This document shows positions 1 through 11,644 of a stretch of DNA of 47,781 nt, piece after piece. Position 1 is the first letter of the stretch. The number at the start of each line of letters is the position of its first letter. A program made the position numbers and the translations under genes. The notes beneath the pieces are model-generated. The model saw nothing but the letters and a program-made list of their open reading frames with translations. It was not told the DNA's origin and made no database searches. Origin of the DNA: Chloroflexota bacterium (GTDB taxonomy: Bacteria > Chloroflexota > Limnocylindria > Limnocylindrales > CSP1-4); NCBI GenBank assembly GCA_021788175.1, contig JAJYKX010000001.1, forward strand, positions 1 through 47,781, in the 5' to 3' direction.

Positions 1-969
1 ACGTACCGCCGGCAGGCTCGCGGCGGCAAGGGGATCATCGGCGCCCGCACCGTGGAGGAGGACGCGCTCGAGCACCTACTGGTGGCCAACACGCACGACT
101 GGGCGCTCTTCTTCACCAACCGCGGGCGGGTCTTCAGCTCCAAGGTCCACCAGATCCCGGACGCCAGCCGGACCGCCAAGGGGATCCCGATCATCAACCT
201 CGAGGGCGTCCAGGTCGAGCCGGGCGAGGTTCCCACCGCCACCATCACCCTGCCCAACTTCGAGAAGGGGCACAACCTGGTGATGGCGACCCGCCAGGGC
301 GTGATCAAGAAGACCGCCATCGAGCAGTTCGAGAAGGTCCGTTCGTCGGGGATCCGCGCGATCACGGTGAACGAGGGCGACGACCTCGCCTGGGTCGAGG
401 TCTCGTCGGGCCGCGACGACGTCGTGCTCGCGACCGCGGAGGGGCGGATCGCGCGCTTCAACGAGGACGAGGTGCGCGCCATGGGGCGCGACGCGGCGGG
501 CGTCATCGGGATCCGTCTCTCCCGCCCCGGCGACCACGTCGTCGCCATGAGCGTGGTACACCCGGAGGCGGACCTGCTCGTGCTGACCGAGACCGGCTAC
601 GGCAAGCGGGTCCGGCTCTCCGAGTTCCGCACCATGCACCGGGGCAGCCAGGGGGTCCGGCTGATCTCGCTCGAGGGGCGCAAGACCGGGCGCGTGGCGG
701 CCGTGGCGCTCGTGACGGAGGCCGACGAGGAACTGCTGCTGATCAGCGCCGGCGGCCAGGTGGTCCGGACCGACGTGAAGACGATCAACCGCTACTCCTC
801 CGCCGCGCGCGGCGTCATCGTCATGCGGCTCAACGAGGGCGACCAGGTGGCGGGGATCGCCGTCTTCCGCGCCGGGCTGGCGGAACACCGGGCCTTGGGC
901 GACAATGGCGACACCCGGCAGGACGGCCGAACGCCGGCGCGCACGCCCGGCACAGACGGTGGGCAATGA
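1..969 (+). CDS. gyrA: DNA gyrase subunit A, C-terminal domain (5' end lies outside the window)
   Basis: Frame 1 is open from nt 1. The translation begins TYRRQARGGKGIIGARTVEED, a GyrA-box-like RGGKG motif. Repeated beta-pinwheel blades follow (FFTNRGRVFSSKVHQIP, LVMATRQGVIKK, VLATAEGRIARF, LVLTETGYGKRV, LLISAGGQVVRT, IVMRLNEGDQV). Stop at 967-969. Confidence 0.9.
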   Translation, partial: TYRRQARGGKGIIGARTVEEDALEHLLVANTHDWALFFTNRGRVFSSKVHQIPDASRTAKGIPIINLEGVQVEPGEVPTATITLPNFEKGHNLVMATRQGVIKKTAIEQFEKVRSSGIRAITVNEGDDLAWVEVSSGRDDVVLATAEGRIARFNEDEVRAMGRDAAGVIGIRLSRPGDHVVAMSVVHPEADLLVLTETGYGKRVRLSEFRTMHRGSQGVRLISLEGRKTGRVAAVALVTEADEELLLISAGGQVVRTDVKTINRYSSAARGVIVMRLNEGDQVAGIAVFRAGLAEHRALGDNGDTRQDGRTPARTPGTDGGQ

Positions 970-1029
970 GACGGTGAGCGCCTTGGGGGTCCGGCACGAG
1001 GGGGGAACCTCGACGCGGGGAGCGGCCGC

Positions 1030-2118
1030 GTGAGCTCCTTCGGCTCGCGCGACGCGTCCGTCTATGTCGAGCGGTTCGACCTCTACACCGGCAACGCCAA
1101 CCCTGACCTCGCGCGCAGCATCGGGCGCTACCTGAAGATGGACCTCGGGCGGGCCGAGGTCTTCGAGTTCGCCAACGAGAACATCTTCGTCAAGATCCTG
1201 GACAACGTCCGCGACCGCGACGTCTTCCTCATCCAGCCCACCTGCTCGCCGGTCAGCAAGTCGATCATGGAGTTGCTGATCATGATCGACGCGTTCAAGC
1301 GGGCGAGCGCGGGCCGCATCACCGCGGTGGTGCCGTACTACGCGTACGGCCGGTCGGACAAGAAGGACCAGCCGCGGGTGCCCATCACCGCGCGGCTGGT
1401 GGCCGACATGATCTCGGTGGCGGGCGCCGACCGGCTCCTCACCATGGACCTCCACCAGGGCCAGATCCAGGGGTTCTTCAACATCCCGGTGGACGAGCTC
1501 ACGGCCGTCCACATGCTGTCCAACTACTTCCGCCGCAAGTCGCTCACCAACGCGGTGGTGGTGACGGACCTCGGCTTCGCCAAGCGGGCGCGCGCGTTCG
1601 CGGAGCTGCTGGACGCGCCGCTGGCGGTCATCGAGAAGCGGCGCGTGGGCAACCTCGACCGCGCCGAGGTCCTCAACGTGATCGGCGAGGTCCGCGGCAA
1701 GCGCGCGATCATCGTGGACGACGAGATCGACACGGCCGGCACGCTGATGGAGATCACCCGCGCGCTCCGGCGCGAGGGCGTGGACGAGATCTACGCCTGC
1801 GCCACCCACGGCATCCTCTCCGGCGACGCGGTGGACCGCATCGCCGCGTCCGCCGTGCGGGAAGTCGTGGTCACGGACACGGTGCGCCTCCCGCCCCAGA
1901 AGCGCATTCCCAAGATCCACACGCTGTCGGTGGCACCGCTGATCGGCGAGGCCATCCGGCGCATCCACCTGGGCGAGTCCGTCGGCGCCCTCTTCTCCAG
2001 CGAGCTGAACCTCGTCGAGGAGATGCTGCTGTGGGAGGAGGGAGACGACAACTCGCAACCCGCCTCCCTGGTCGATCCCTCGCGGATCGGCACTACCCGA
2101 GGTGAACGGTGTCCCTGA
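1030..2118 (+). CDS. prs: Ribose-phosphate pyrophosphokinase (PRPP synthetase) with a C-terminal extension of about 40 aa
   Basis: GTG start with GGGGAG 7 nt upstream. Motifs: VVPYYAYGRSDKKD, TMDLHQGQIQGFF and IIVDDEIDTAGT (the PRPP loop). The tail LNLVEEMLLWEEGDDNSQ... runs beyond the usual Prs length. Confidence 0.9.
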   Translation: MSSFGSRDASVYVERFDLYTGNANPDLARSIGRYLKMDLGRAEVFEFANENIFVKILDNVRDRDVFLIQPTCSPVSKSIMELLIMIDAFKRASAGRITAVVPYYAYGRSDKKDQPRVPITARLVADMISVAGADRLLTMDLHQGQIQGFFNIPVDELTAVHMLSNYFRRKSLTNAVVVTDLGFAKRARAFAELLDAPLAVIEKRRVGNLDRAEVLNVIGEVRGKRAIIVDDEIDTAGTLMEITRALRREGVDEIYACATHGILSGDAVDRIAASAVREVVVTDTVRLPPQKRIPKIHTLSVAPLIGEAIRRIHLGESVGALFSSELNLVEEMLLWEEGDDNSQPASLVDPSRIGTTRGERCP

Positions 2119-2336
2119 AGCTCTATCGACCGGGCCCCGAGGGCCTGGAGCCCTCGCCCACCGTGGACCGGGACTACCGGACGCAGCTGCGCTCGAGCCG
2201 GTGGCGGCTCCCTGCGCTGCGCAACCCGGAGGCCCAGCCGGTGAGCGCAGCCGGGGGGATCATCCTCTTCGGCGGGCTGGGCCTGCTGACGTTCGTGATC
2301 CTCCTGGTCGGGTACGGCGCCGGCTTCTGGCGCTGA
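2109..2336 (+). CDS. Hypothetical small membrane protein (75 aa, one C-terminal TM helix)
   Basis: GTG start overlaps the prs stop by 10 nt. GC3 is high. The C-terminal hydrophobic stretch GGIILFGGLGLLTFVILLVGYGAGFW looks like a TM helix. No recognisable family. Confidence 0.35.
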   Translation: MSLKLYRPGPEGLEPSPTVDRDYRTQLRSSRWRLPALRNPEAQPVSAAGGIILFGGLGLLTFVILLVGYGAGFWR

Positions 2337-2426
2337 CGCGACTCTGCGCGGCCCGCACGAGGCGCCGGGACCGACCCCGCCGGCGGCCGGGACCGCGCCT
2401 GACCGGCCCCTATACTTGACGGTCCG

Positions 2427-5501
<3,075 letters not shown>

Positions 5502-5506
5502 CCTCG

Positions 5507-6091
5507 GTGGCCCTCCGCCTCGCCGTGGCGGGCCTCGTGGGCGCCGTGCTGGCGACCGGCTACGCCACGTTCCGGATCTGGCAGCAGGGGACCGTCGATG
5601 AGCGCGGACACCCGGTGGACGCGATCGTCGTGCTCGGCGCCGCGCACTACGGGGAGGAGCCGTCCGCCGTCTTCGCCGCGCGACTCGATCACGCCGTCGG
5701 GCTCTGGCTCCAGGGCATCGCGCCGTACCTGGTGGTGACCGGGGGGATGGCACCGGGGGACACGACCGCGGAGGCGGACGTGGCCCGGGCGTACGCCGAG
5801 CACCGCGGCGTGCCGGCCGACGCGATCCTTGAGGAGCGAACGGGACGCGACACGGCGGAGTCGCTCCGCAACGTGGCCGCGGTCCTGTCCGCGCGCGGGC
5901 TCCGCTCCGCGCTCTTCGTGAGCGATCGCACCCACATGCTGCGTGTCCTCCGCGTCGCGACCGACCTGGGGATCACGGCATACGGGTCGCCCACCGCCAC
6001 CAGCCCCGCGGACCTGGACCCGCAGGCGCGCGTGGACGCCACGATCCACGAACTGGGGGCGCTCGCGCTCTACCTCGCGACGGGGCGCTGA
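5507..6091 (+). CDS. DUF218 (YdcF/ElyC/SanA-like) membrane-anchored protein
   Basis: GTG lies 6 nt after the secA stop. N-terminal TM helix VALRLAVAGLVGAVLATGYATF. DUF218-like core: AIVVLGAAHYGEEPSAVFAARLDHAVGLWLQGIAPYLVVTGG ... ALFVSDRTHMLR. The track ORF start at 5459 would overlap secA, so I chose the later start. Confidence 0.75.
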   Translation: MALRLAVAGLVGAVLATGYATFRIWQQGTVDERGHPVDAIVVLGAAHYGEEPSAVFAARLDHAVGLWLQGIAPYLVVTGGMAPGDTTAEADVARAYAEHRGVPADAILEERTGRDTAESLRNVAAVLSARGLRSALFVSDRTHMLRVLRVATDLGITAYGSPTATSPADLDPQARVDATIHELGALALYLATGR

Positions 6092-6100
6092 GGCCGGCCC

Positions 6101-6116
6101 ATCCGGTCGACCGGAT
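6101..6116. repeat. Perfect 16-bp palindrome ATCCGGTCGACCGGAT just after the DUF218 stop (function unknown; possible terminator or operator)
   Basis: Read directly; the sequence is self-complementary. It starts 10 nt downstream of the stop at 6091. Confidence 0.8.
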
Positions 6117-6176
6117 CGTGCCGGTGGCCGCCGCCGGAGATGCCGGTGCAAGGCCGCAATTTCCGCGGGCAACCTC

Positions 6177-6205
6177 TTGAGAACACCGGGCCCCATTCGT
6201 ATACT
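6177..6205 (+). promoter_or_regulatory. Sigma-70-like promoter: -35 TTGAGA, 17-bp spacer, -10 TATACT
   Basis: TTGAGA at 6177-6182 and TATACT at 6200-6205. The predicted TSS near 6212 is followed at once by a 10-bp stem-loop: AACGCCGGAG (6213-6222) pairs with CTCTGGCGTT (6229-6238), with one G-T pair. Confidence 0.45.
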
Positions 6206-6281
6206 TTCGTGAAACGCCGGAGTCCGCGCTCTGGCGTTCCGTTTGCCACCCGGGACGTCCCCCCGAGGGTGTTCGACAGCG

Positions 6282-6530
6282 GTGGATAGCAGCGAGGGTG
6301 TCGTGCGGGCGGAGGTCGTCGAAGAAGGGTTCCTCGATCTGATCGCATGTGAGCGAGACTGCCGGAAGTGCAGCTACGCCGCGAGCCTCGACTGTGACGG
6401 CAATTGCGGTGCCTGTCCCCACAACGAGTACTGTCCCTGCGTGAACCCCGTCGTCGCCAGGAGCAAGACCGCCCTGCGCATGATCGAGCTGCGCCCGATC
6501 CTGCTGCAGGACCTGCGAGCGCGTCGCTGA
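6282..6530 (+). CDS. Small Cys-rich protein (about 76-95 aa, 8 Cys), family unknown; its stop overlaps the prfB start
   Basis: The frame is open over 6243-6530. Counted by hand from 6303, GC3 is about 83% (62 of 75 codons), and the composition is protein-like. The 8 Cys fall as CERDCRKC...CDGNCGACPHNEYCPC, giving two CX3CX2C units plus C-P-C. TGA 6528-6530 overlaps prfB ATG 6530-6532. The start is uncertain: TTG 6243, GTG 6282 or GTG 6303. Confidence 0.5.
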   Translation: MDSSEGVVRAEVVEEGFLDLIACERDCRKCSYAASLDCDGNCGACPHNEYCPCVNPVVARSKTALRMIELRPILLQDLRARR

Positions 6531-7640
6531 TGGACCTCTCGTCCGTCCGGGACCTCGTGGAGCGCGTCCGGGCGACCTCGGGGCGTCTTTGACCTCGACG
6601 GGAAGGATCGCCGGCTCCGCGAGCTTGACGAGGGCGCCGCGCGCCCGGACCTCTGGGATGACCCCCGGGCGGCCCAGCGCCTGCTCCGCGATGCCGACCG
6701 GCTTCGCGAGGAGCTGACCACCTGGCGCGACCTCGAGCGGCGCGCCACGGACCTGCTCGAGCTGGCCGAGCTCGCCGCCGAGGACGGGGACCCCGAGATG
6801 GCGGCCGGCGTCGACGACGAGTATGCCGGCCTCGACGCCGCCTACGCGCGCCTGCGGACCGAGCTCCTCTTCAGCGGCGAGTACGACGCACGCGACGCGC
6901 TGCTGACGATCAGCGCGGGGGCCGGGGGCACCGAGGCGACGGACTGGGCGCAGATGCTGCTCCGCATGTACCTTCGCTGGGCCGAGCGTCACCGCTTCGC
7001 CACCGAGATCCTGGACCAGACCGAGGGTGAGGAAGTCGGGCTCAAGAGCGTGACGGTGGCCGTGGACGGACGGGACGCCTACGGGTACCTGCGGGCCGAG
7101 CGCGGCGTCCACCGACTGGTGCGGATCAGCCCGTTCGACTCCCAGAAGCGCCGCCAGACGACGTTCGGCCTGGTGGAGGTGCTGCCCGAGGTGGAGGACG
7201 ACGTGGAGGTCGAGATCGACCCCGACGACCTGCGGATCGACACCTTCCGGGCCACCGGGCACGGCGGGCAGAACGTCAACAAGACGGACTCGGCGGTCCG
7301 GATCACCCACCTCCCGACGGGGATCGTCGCGCAGAGCCAGAACGAGCGCTCCCAGCTCCAGAACAAGGACACCGCGATGAAGATCCTCCGCGCGCGCCTC
7401 CTGGAACGGGCGCTCGAGGAGCGCGAGGCGCAGCTGGCCGCGATCCGCGGCGAGCACGTGGAGGCGGGCTGGGGGCACCAGATCCGCTCCTACGTGCTGC
7501 ATCCCTACCAGATGGTGAAGGACCTGCGCACCGAGGTCGAGACCAGCAACACCGGCGCGGTCCTGGACGGGGACCTGGACGGGTTCATGCTCGCCGAGCT
7601 CGAGCGCGAGGCGACCGACGGCGGGGAGGAGCGGGCGTGA
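6530..7640 (+). CDS. prfB: Peptide chain release factor 2, made by a programmed +1 frameshift (frame 0 covers 6530-6589, then continues from 6591)
   Basis: Frame 0 encodes MDLSSVRDLVERVRATSGRL and hits TGA at 6590-6592. The +1 frame continues DLDGKDRRLRELDEGAARPDLWDD... and runs without stops into the 6798-7640 ORF. RF2 motifs present: SPFDSQKRRQTTF and GHGGQNVNKTDSAVRITHLPTGIV (GGQ). Confidence 0.93.
6581..6593 (+). promoter_or_regulatory. RF2 autoregulatory +1 frameshift site (GGG-CGT-CTT-TGA-C)
   Basis: The canonical slippery and stop context CTT TGA C sits at 6587-6593. An SD-like G-run (GGGG, 6580-6583) ends 3 nt upstream of CTT. Frame arithmetic: 6530 is 2 mod 3, while 6591 and 6798 are both 0 mod 3. 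Confidence 0.9.
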
Positions 7641-8716
7641 GGGACGACGCGGATCACGCGATCCTCCGCCCGATCCGGCCGGACGACATCCTCGGCTGCG
7701 TGGACGTCTTCTACGACGCCGTCGACCCGCTCTACCGACGGCTGGACCAGCCGCTGCCGCCGCGGGACCCCGCGTCGCTCGGGCGGCTGATCGGCCACCT
7801 GCTGGACCACGACGCCGATCGGGCGTGGCTCGCCGAGGCCCCGTCGTCCACGGGCGACGACCGGCCGCCCCGGATCCTGGGGTTCGGCACGGCCTGGCAG
7901 CGGGAGTCCACCTGGTACCTGGCGCTCCTCTTCGTCCGGCCGCAGGCCCAGGCGAGCGGCCTGGGCCGGAAGCTGCTCCTGCGCACGTTCCCGCGAGGGC
8001 CGATGGATCCCCCGGACCCGGAGGACGGCGCGCCCGATCCGGGCGGCGCGACGGAGGGCGGCGCGCCCGTGCTGGACGGCGCGGCGGCGGCCCCCGGTCA
8101 CGGGGCAACCGGCGGTGGGGCGACCGGCGCCGGCTCCGGCCTGATGGCGACCTGCGTCGACTCCATCCAGCCCATCTCCACCGGGCTCTACGCGGGATAC
8201 GGCATGGTGCCCCGCGTGCCGCTCTTCACGGCCATCGGACGGCCCCGCCCCGGGTCGCTGCCGGCACTCCCCCGGGATGTCGTGGCCACCGGCTTCGAGG
8301 CGCTCCCGGCCACGTACCCGCTCGCCGGGACGCTCGCCGGGCTGGACCGCGCCACGCTCGGGTTCGAGCGGCCGCAGGACCACCGGTTCTGGGCGCGCGA
8401 GGGCCGCCGCGGCGTCCTGTTCCGCCGGGCGGGGGCCGGCGATGTCCTGGGGTACGGCTACGCCCAGCCGTCGGGCCGGCTGGGCCCGGTGGCGCTCCTC
8501 GACGAGACGCTCTACCCCGGCGTGCTGGGGACGCTGGTGGCCCGCGAGTCGCCGCCGGGCCCGTACCTTGCCCTCGTGCCCGGCGTGAACCACCGCGCGA
8601 TCGTGGCGCTGCTCCACGCCGGGTTCCGCTTCGAGGGCTTCCCCGGGATCGTCGGCTCGACGCGCCCGTGGGAGGGCCTGGCGCGGTACCTGCCCGCCAG
8701 CTACGCGCTGCCGTGA
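7637..8716 (+). CDS. GNAT-family N-acetyltransferase with an extra C-terminal domain
   Basis: GTGA overlap with the prfB stop. The N-terminal region has the GNAT acetyl-CoA motif: LALLFVRPQAQASGLGRKLLLRTF (Q/RxxGxG/A). A low-complexity Gly/Ala/Pro stretch lies mid-protein. Substrate unknown. Confidence 0.7.
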   Translation: MRDDADHAILRPIRPDDILGCVDVFYDAVDPLYRRLDQPLPPRDPASLGRLIGHLLDHDADRAWLAEAPSSTGDDRPPRILGFGTAWQRESTWYLALLFVRPQAQASGLGRKLLLRTFPRGPMDPPDPEDGAPDPGGATEGGAPVLDGAAAAPGHGATGGGATGAGSGLMATCVDSIQPISTGLYAGYGMVPRVPLFTAIGRPRPGSLPALPRDVVATGFEALPATYPLAGTLAGLDRATLGFERPQDHRFWAREGRRGVLFRRAGAGDVLGYGYAQPSGRLGPVALLDETLYPGVLGTLVARESPPGPYLALVPGVNHRAIVALLHAGFRFEGFPGIVGSTRPWEGLARYLPASYALP

Positions 8717-8731
8717 TGGGACGCGGGCATG

Positions 8732-8799
8732 GTGACCGGGCGGGCGGCGTGACCGGGCGGGCGGCGTGATCGGGCCGGCGGCGTGACCGGGCGGGCGGC
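8732..8799 (+). repeat. Four tandem copies of a 17-nt unit GTGACCGGGCGGGCGGC (the third copy is degenerate)
   Basis: Units at 8732-8748, 8749-8765, 8766-8782 (GTGATCGGGCCGGCGGC) and 8783-8799. The fourth unit provides the GTG start of the downstream ORF. Confidence 0.9.
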
Positions 8800-9676
8800 G
8801 GCGCCGTTCGACCCGGGCTCGTTCGACGCCGCGGCGTTCGGGGCCGGCTGGAGCGCCTCGCTGCGGCGCGGCTCCGATACCGAGCTGCGCGGCTGGCTCG
8901 ACCTCGCCCTCGCGTGCTGCGACGCGGCCGACGCGATCGCGCTGCGCCACTTCCGGCGCGACCTGGAGATCTCCGCCAAGCCCGATCGCACCCTGGTCAC
9001 GCAGGCTGATCGCGCGATCGAGCTCGAGCTCCGGGAGCGGATCCTGGCCGCCCACCCGGACCACGGGCTGGTCGGCGAGGAGTACGGCACCGAGTCGGCC
9101 GGCGCCTCGGTGCGCTGGCACATCGACCCGATCGACGGGACCCACAACTTCGTCCGGGGCGTCCCGCTCTTCGCCACGCTGCTCGGCGTCGAGCGGGACG
9201 GGGAGCTGCAGGTGGGCGTCCTGTCCGCGCCGGCACTGCGGGAGCGCTGGTTCGCGTGGCGAGGGGGCGGCGCGTGGGCGGCCCGTTCGGCGGCCCCGGT
9301 GCGCGTGGAGGTCTCCCGCGTGCACCGTCTCGCCGACGCGCAGGTGCTGTACGCCTCCCCGTTCGACGTCATGGCCACCGGCTGGGCACCGGGCTTCGAG
9401 GCGCTCGTCCGGGGTGCGTGGCGAGACCGCGGGTTCGGCGACTTCTGGGGCTACGCGCTGGTGGCCGAGGGCGCGGCCGAGGCGATGATCGAGGTCGGCC
9501 TCAAGTCGTGGGACCTGGCGGCCCCCACCGTGCTGGTCGAGGAGGCGGGCGGACGGCTCAGCGACTTCGCGGGGGCCCGGGGCCTGGAGATCGGCAGCGT
9601 GCTCGCGACCAACGGCAGCATGCACGGCGCGGTCCTGGCCGCGCTGGGCGGCCGGGAGACCGACGCCTCACGCTGA
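8783..9676 (+). CDS. Inositol monophosphatase family protein (HisN / ImpA / SuhB-like)
   Basis: IMPase motifs: LVGEEYG, WHIDPIDGTHNFVRGVPLFATLLGV and SWDLAAPTVLVEEAGGRLSD. Sequence alone cannot separate histidinol-phosphatase from inositol-phosphatase. Start uncertain. Confidence 0.8.
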   Translation: MTGRAAAPFDPGSFDAAAFGAGWSASLRRGSDTELRGWLDLALACCDAADAIALRHFRRDLEISAKPDRTLVTQADRAIELELRERILAAHPDHGLVGEEYGTESAGASVRWHIDPIDGTHNFVRGVPLFATLLGVERDGELQVGVLSAPALRERWFAWRGGGAWAARSAAPVRVEVSRVHRLADAQVLYASPFDVMATGWAPGFEALVRGAWRDRGFGDFWGYALVAEGAAEAMIEVGLKSWDLAAPTVLVEEAGGRLSDFAGARGLEIGSVLATNGSMHGAVLAALGGRETDASR

Positions 9677-9785
9677 GCCCCGAGGGGCGGCCGGGTCGGT
9701 GCCCGTGCTACCCTGTCGGCGACGTGGCTTTGCTCGCCGTGCCCGCGTGCGGAGTCCCCGGCAACCTCCGCGCGCGGAGCCAGAC

Positions 9786-10592
9786 ATGAGCACCTCCCCG
9801 CCCCGCATCGCGGGCGCCATCGCCGCATCGGCCGCGGTCCACATCTCCCGGGACGCCGCACCACTGGCACCTTCGTCCACGGACGCGGCCCCCGCGACCC
9901 GGCGCATCTCGCTTGCGCTCGAGGACGTGAGCAAGGTCTACCCGAACGGGCGTCGCGCACTGGCCGACGTGGACCTCGTGGTGCCCGACGGCGACTTCGT
10001 CTTCCTGGTGGGTCCCTCGGGCGCAGGCAAGAGCACGCTGATCAAGCTGCTGATCCGCGACGAGCTCGCCACCAGCGGCACCGTGTTCGTGGCGGGCCGC
10101 GACGTCAGCCGGCTCTCGCGCCGGGACGTGCCCCGACTGCGGCGGCGCATCGGAATCGTCTTCCAGGACTACAAGCTGCTGCCCCACAAGTCGGTCCGGG
10201 AGAACGTCGCGTTCGCCCTCGAGGTGACGGGCACACCCGGCCGGCAGATCCTCCCCGCCGTCGAGCGGGTCCTGGCCCTGGTCGGGCTCACTGCGCAGGC
10301 CGACCAGCTCCCCAGCCAGCTCTCCGGCGGCGAGCAGCAGCGCACCGCGATCGCGCGAGCGCTGGTCCACGAACCGCGCGTCATCATCGCCGACGAGCCG
10401 ACCGGCAACCTGGACCCGCTCATCAGCTGGGAGATCATCCAGCTGCTGCTGCGCATCAACGAACTGGGAACGACCGTCCTGATGGCCACCCACAACGCCG
10501 AGGTGGTGACCGCGCTGCGGCGCCGCGTGGTCGCGCTCGAGGATGGGCGGGTGGTGCGCGACGAGGTCGGCGGCTACCACCGCGAGTACTGA
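9786..10592 (+). CDS. ftsE: Cell-division ABC transporter ATP-binding protein FtsE
   Basis: Motifs: [14 protein letters not shown] (Walker A), [15 protein letters not shown] (signature) and [12 protein letters not shown] (Walker B). It sits directly before ftsX. There is an N-terminal extension of about 45 aa; ATG 9786 is the first ATG in frame. Confidence 0.9.
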   Translation: MSTSPPRIAGAIAASAAVHISRDAAPLAPSSTDAAPATRRISLALEDVSKVYPNGRRALADVDLVVPDGDFVFLVGPSGAGKSTLIKLLIRDELATSGTVFVAGRDVSRLSRRDVPRLRRRIGIVFQDYKLLPHKSVRENVAFALEVTGTPGRQILPAVERVLALVGLTAQADQLPSQLSGGEQQRTAIARALVHEPRVIIADEPTGNLDPLISWEIIQLLLRINELGTTVLMATHNAEVVTALRRRVVALEDGRVVRDEVGGYHREY

Positions 10593-10595
10593 CGG

Positions 10596-11486
10596 ATGCT
10601 GCGCTTCCTGCTCTTCTCGTTCCGCCGCGCGTGGCAGGGGTTCTGGCGCAACCTCGTCATGAGCCTCGCCGCGACGGTCACCATGACCCTGATGCTGCTC
10701 ATGCTGGCGGGGCTGGTGATCGGCCTCTCCGGCATGGACGCCGGGCTCCGCTTCGTGGAGCAGAAGGTGGAGGTCCAGGCGTTCATCGCCGACGGCGCGC
10801 CCCAGGCGCAGGTCGACGCCCTGGTGGCCCAGGTGCGCGCGCTGCCGGAGGTGTCGCAGGTCGTCTACCTGGACAAGCAGCAGGCGCTCGCGCAGTGGCA
10901 GCAACAGCTTCGCGAGCAGGGCAAGCCGGACTACTCGAGCGAGACGGGCACCAACCCCATCCCGGCCAGCATCCAGGTGAAGCTGAAGGATCCGCACGTG
11001 TACGGGTCCGTGATCCAGACGCTCCAGAGCGCGCACGGCGTCGTGACCGACGTCCTCCAGACGCAGCAGGTGGTGGATGCGCTGCTCACCGTGACCGGCT
11101 TCCTGCGCACCGCCGGGCTGGTGATCCTGGGCCTGGTGGGGATCACGGTCCTCTTCATCGTGATCAACACCATCCGGCTCGCCGTGGTGGCACGCGGCGA
11201 GGAGATCGAGATCATGCGGCTCGTCGGCGCGTCCGACGCGTTCATCCGCTGGCCGTTCATCTTCGAGGGGATCCTGGTGGGCCTCCTGGGCGCGGCGATC
11301 ACGCTGGGGATCCTCGGGCTGGCGGCCCAGCCGATCGGCCAGGCCGTGGCCACGCTGGTGGGCCAGGTGCCCATCCAGTTCGACCAGGACCTCGCGCAGC
11401 AGCTGGTCCTCGTGGTGGGCGGGGCCGGGATCGCGCTGGGCGGCGTGGGTGCCTTCATCTCCGTGCGGACCTACCTGATCCGCTGA
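10596..11486 (+). CDS. ftsX: Cell-division permease-like protein FtsX
   Basis: ATG lies 3 nt after the ftsE stop. N-terminus FRRAWQGFWRNLVMSLAATVTM, a large extracytoplasmic loop, and a C-terminal 3-TM FtsX domain (EIEIMRLVGASDAFIRWPFIFEG). Confidence 0.9.
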   Translation: MLRFLLFSFRRAWQGFWRNLVMSLAATVTMTLMLLMLAGLVIGLSGMDAGLRFVEQKVEVQAFIADGAPQAQVDALVAQVRALPEVSQVVYLDKQQALAQWQQQLREQGKPDYSSETGTNPIPASIQVKLKDPHVYGSVIQTLQSAHGVVTDVLQTQQVVDALLTVTGFLRTAGLVILGLVGITVLFIVINTIRLAVVARGEEIEIMRLVGASDAFIRWPFIFEGILVGLLGAAITLGILGLAAQPIGQAVATLVGQVPIQFDQDLAQQLVLVVGGAGIALGGVGAFISVRTYLIR

Positions 11487-11644
11487 TCCCCGCCCGACGG
11501 CCGGCCCGGGAAGCGGCACAATCGCACCACGCGGCGGCGCGCCGCGGATCGAGCCTCGGTGGCCGGTGGCCCATGGGCATCCGGCCTCCGTCCGGGCATG
11601 CGCCGTCCCGCCCGACGGGCGGGACGTCAACGAGGCACCCGCCC

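Noticed and set aside
6205-6215. parS-like half-site TTTCGTGAAAC; also the TCACGTGA core at 45606-45613
   Set aside because: Neither matches the full 16-bp parS palindrome TGTTTCACGTGAAACA. The first lacks 2 nt at the centre and is not palindromic. The second matches only the central 8 bp. No parAB genes are in the window.
6404-6592. 62-aa ORF upstream of the main prfB ORF
   Set aside because: It is not an independent gene. Its last 20 codons, from ATG 6530, are frame 0 of prfB before the programmed +1 frameshift. The part upstream of 6530 overlaps the Cys-rich ORF out of frame.
8732-8799. Possible CRISPR-like array
   Set aside because: The units are directly abutting 17-mers with no spacers, only four copies, and no cas genes. 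This is a simple tandem repeat.
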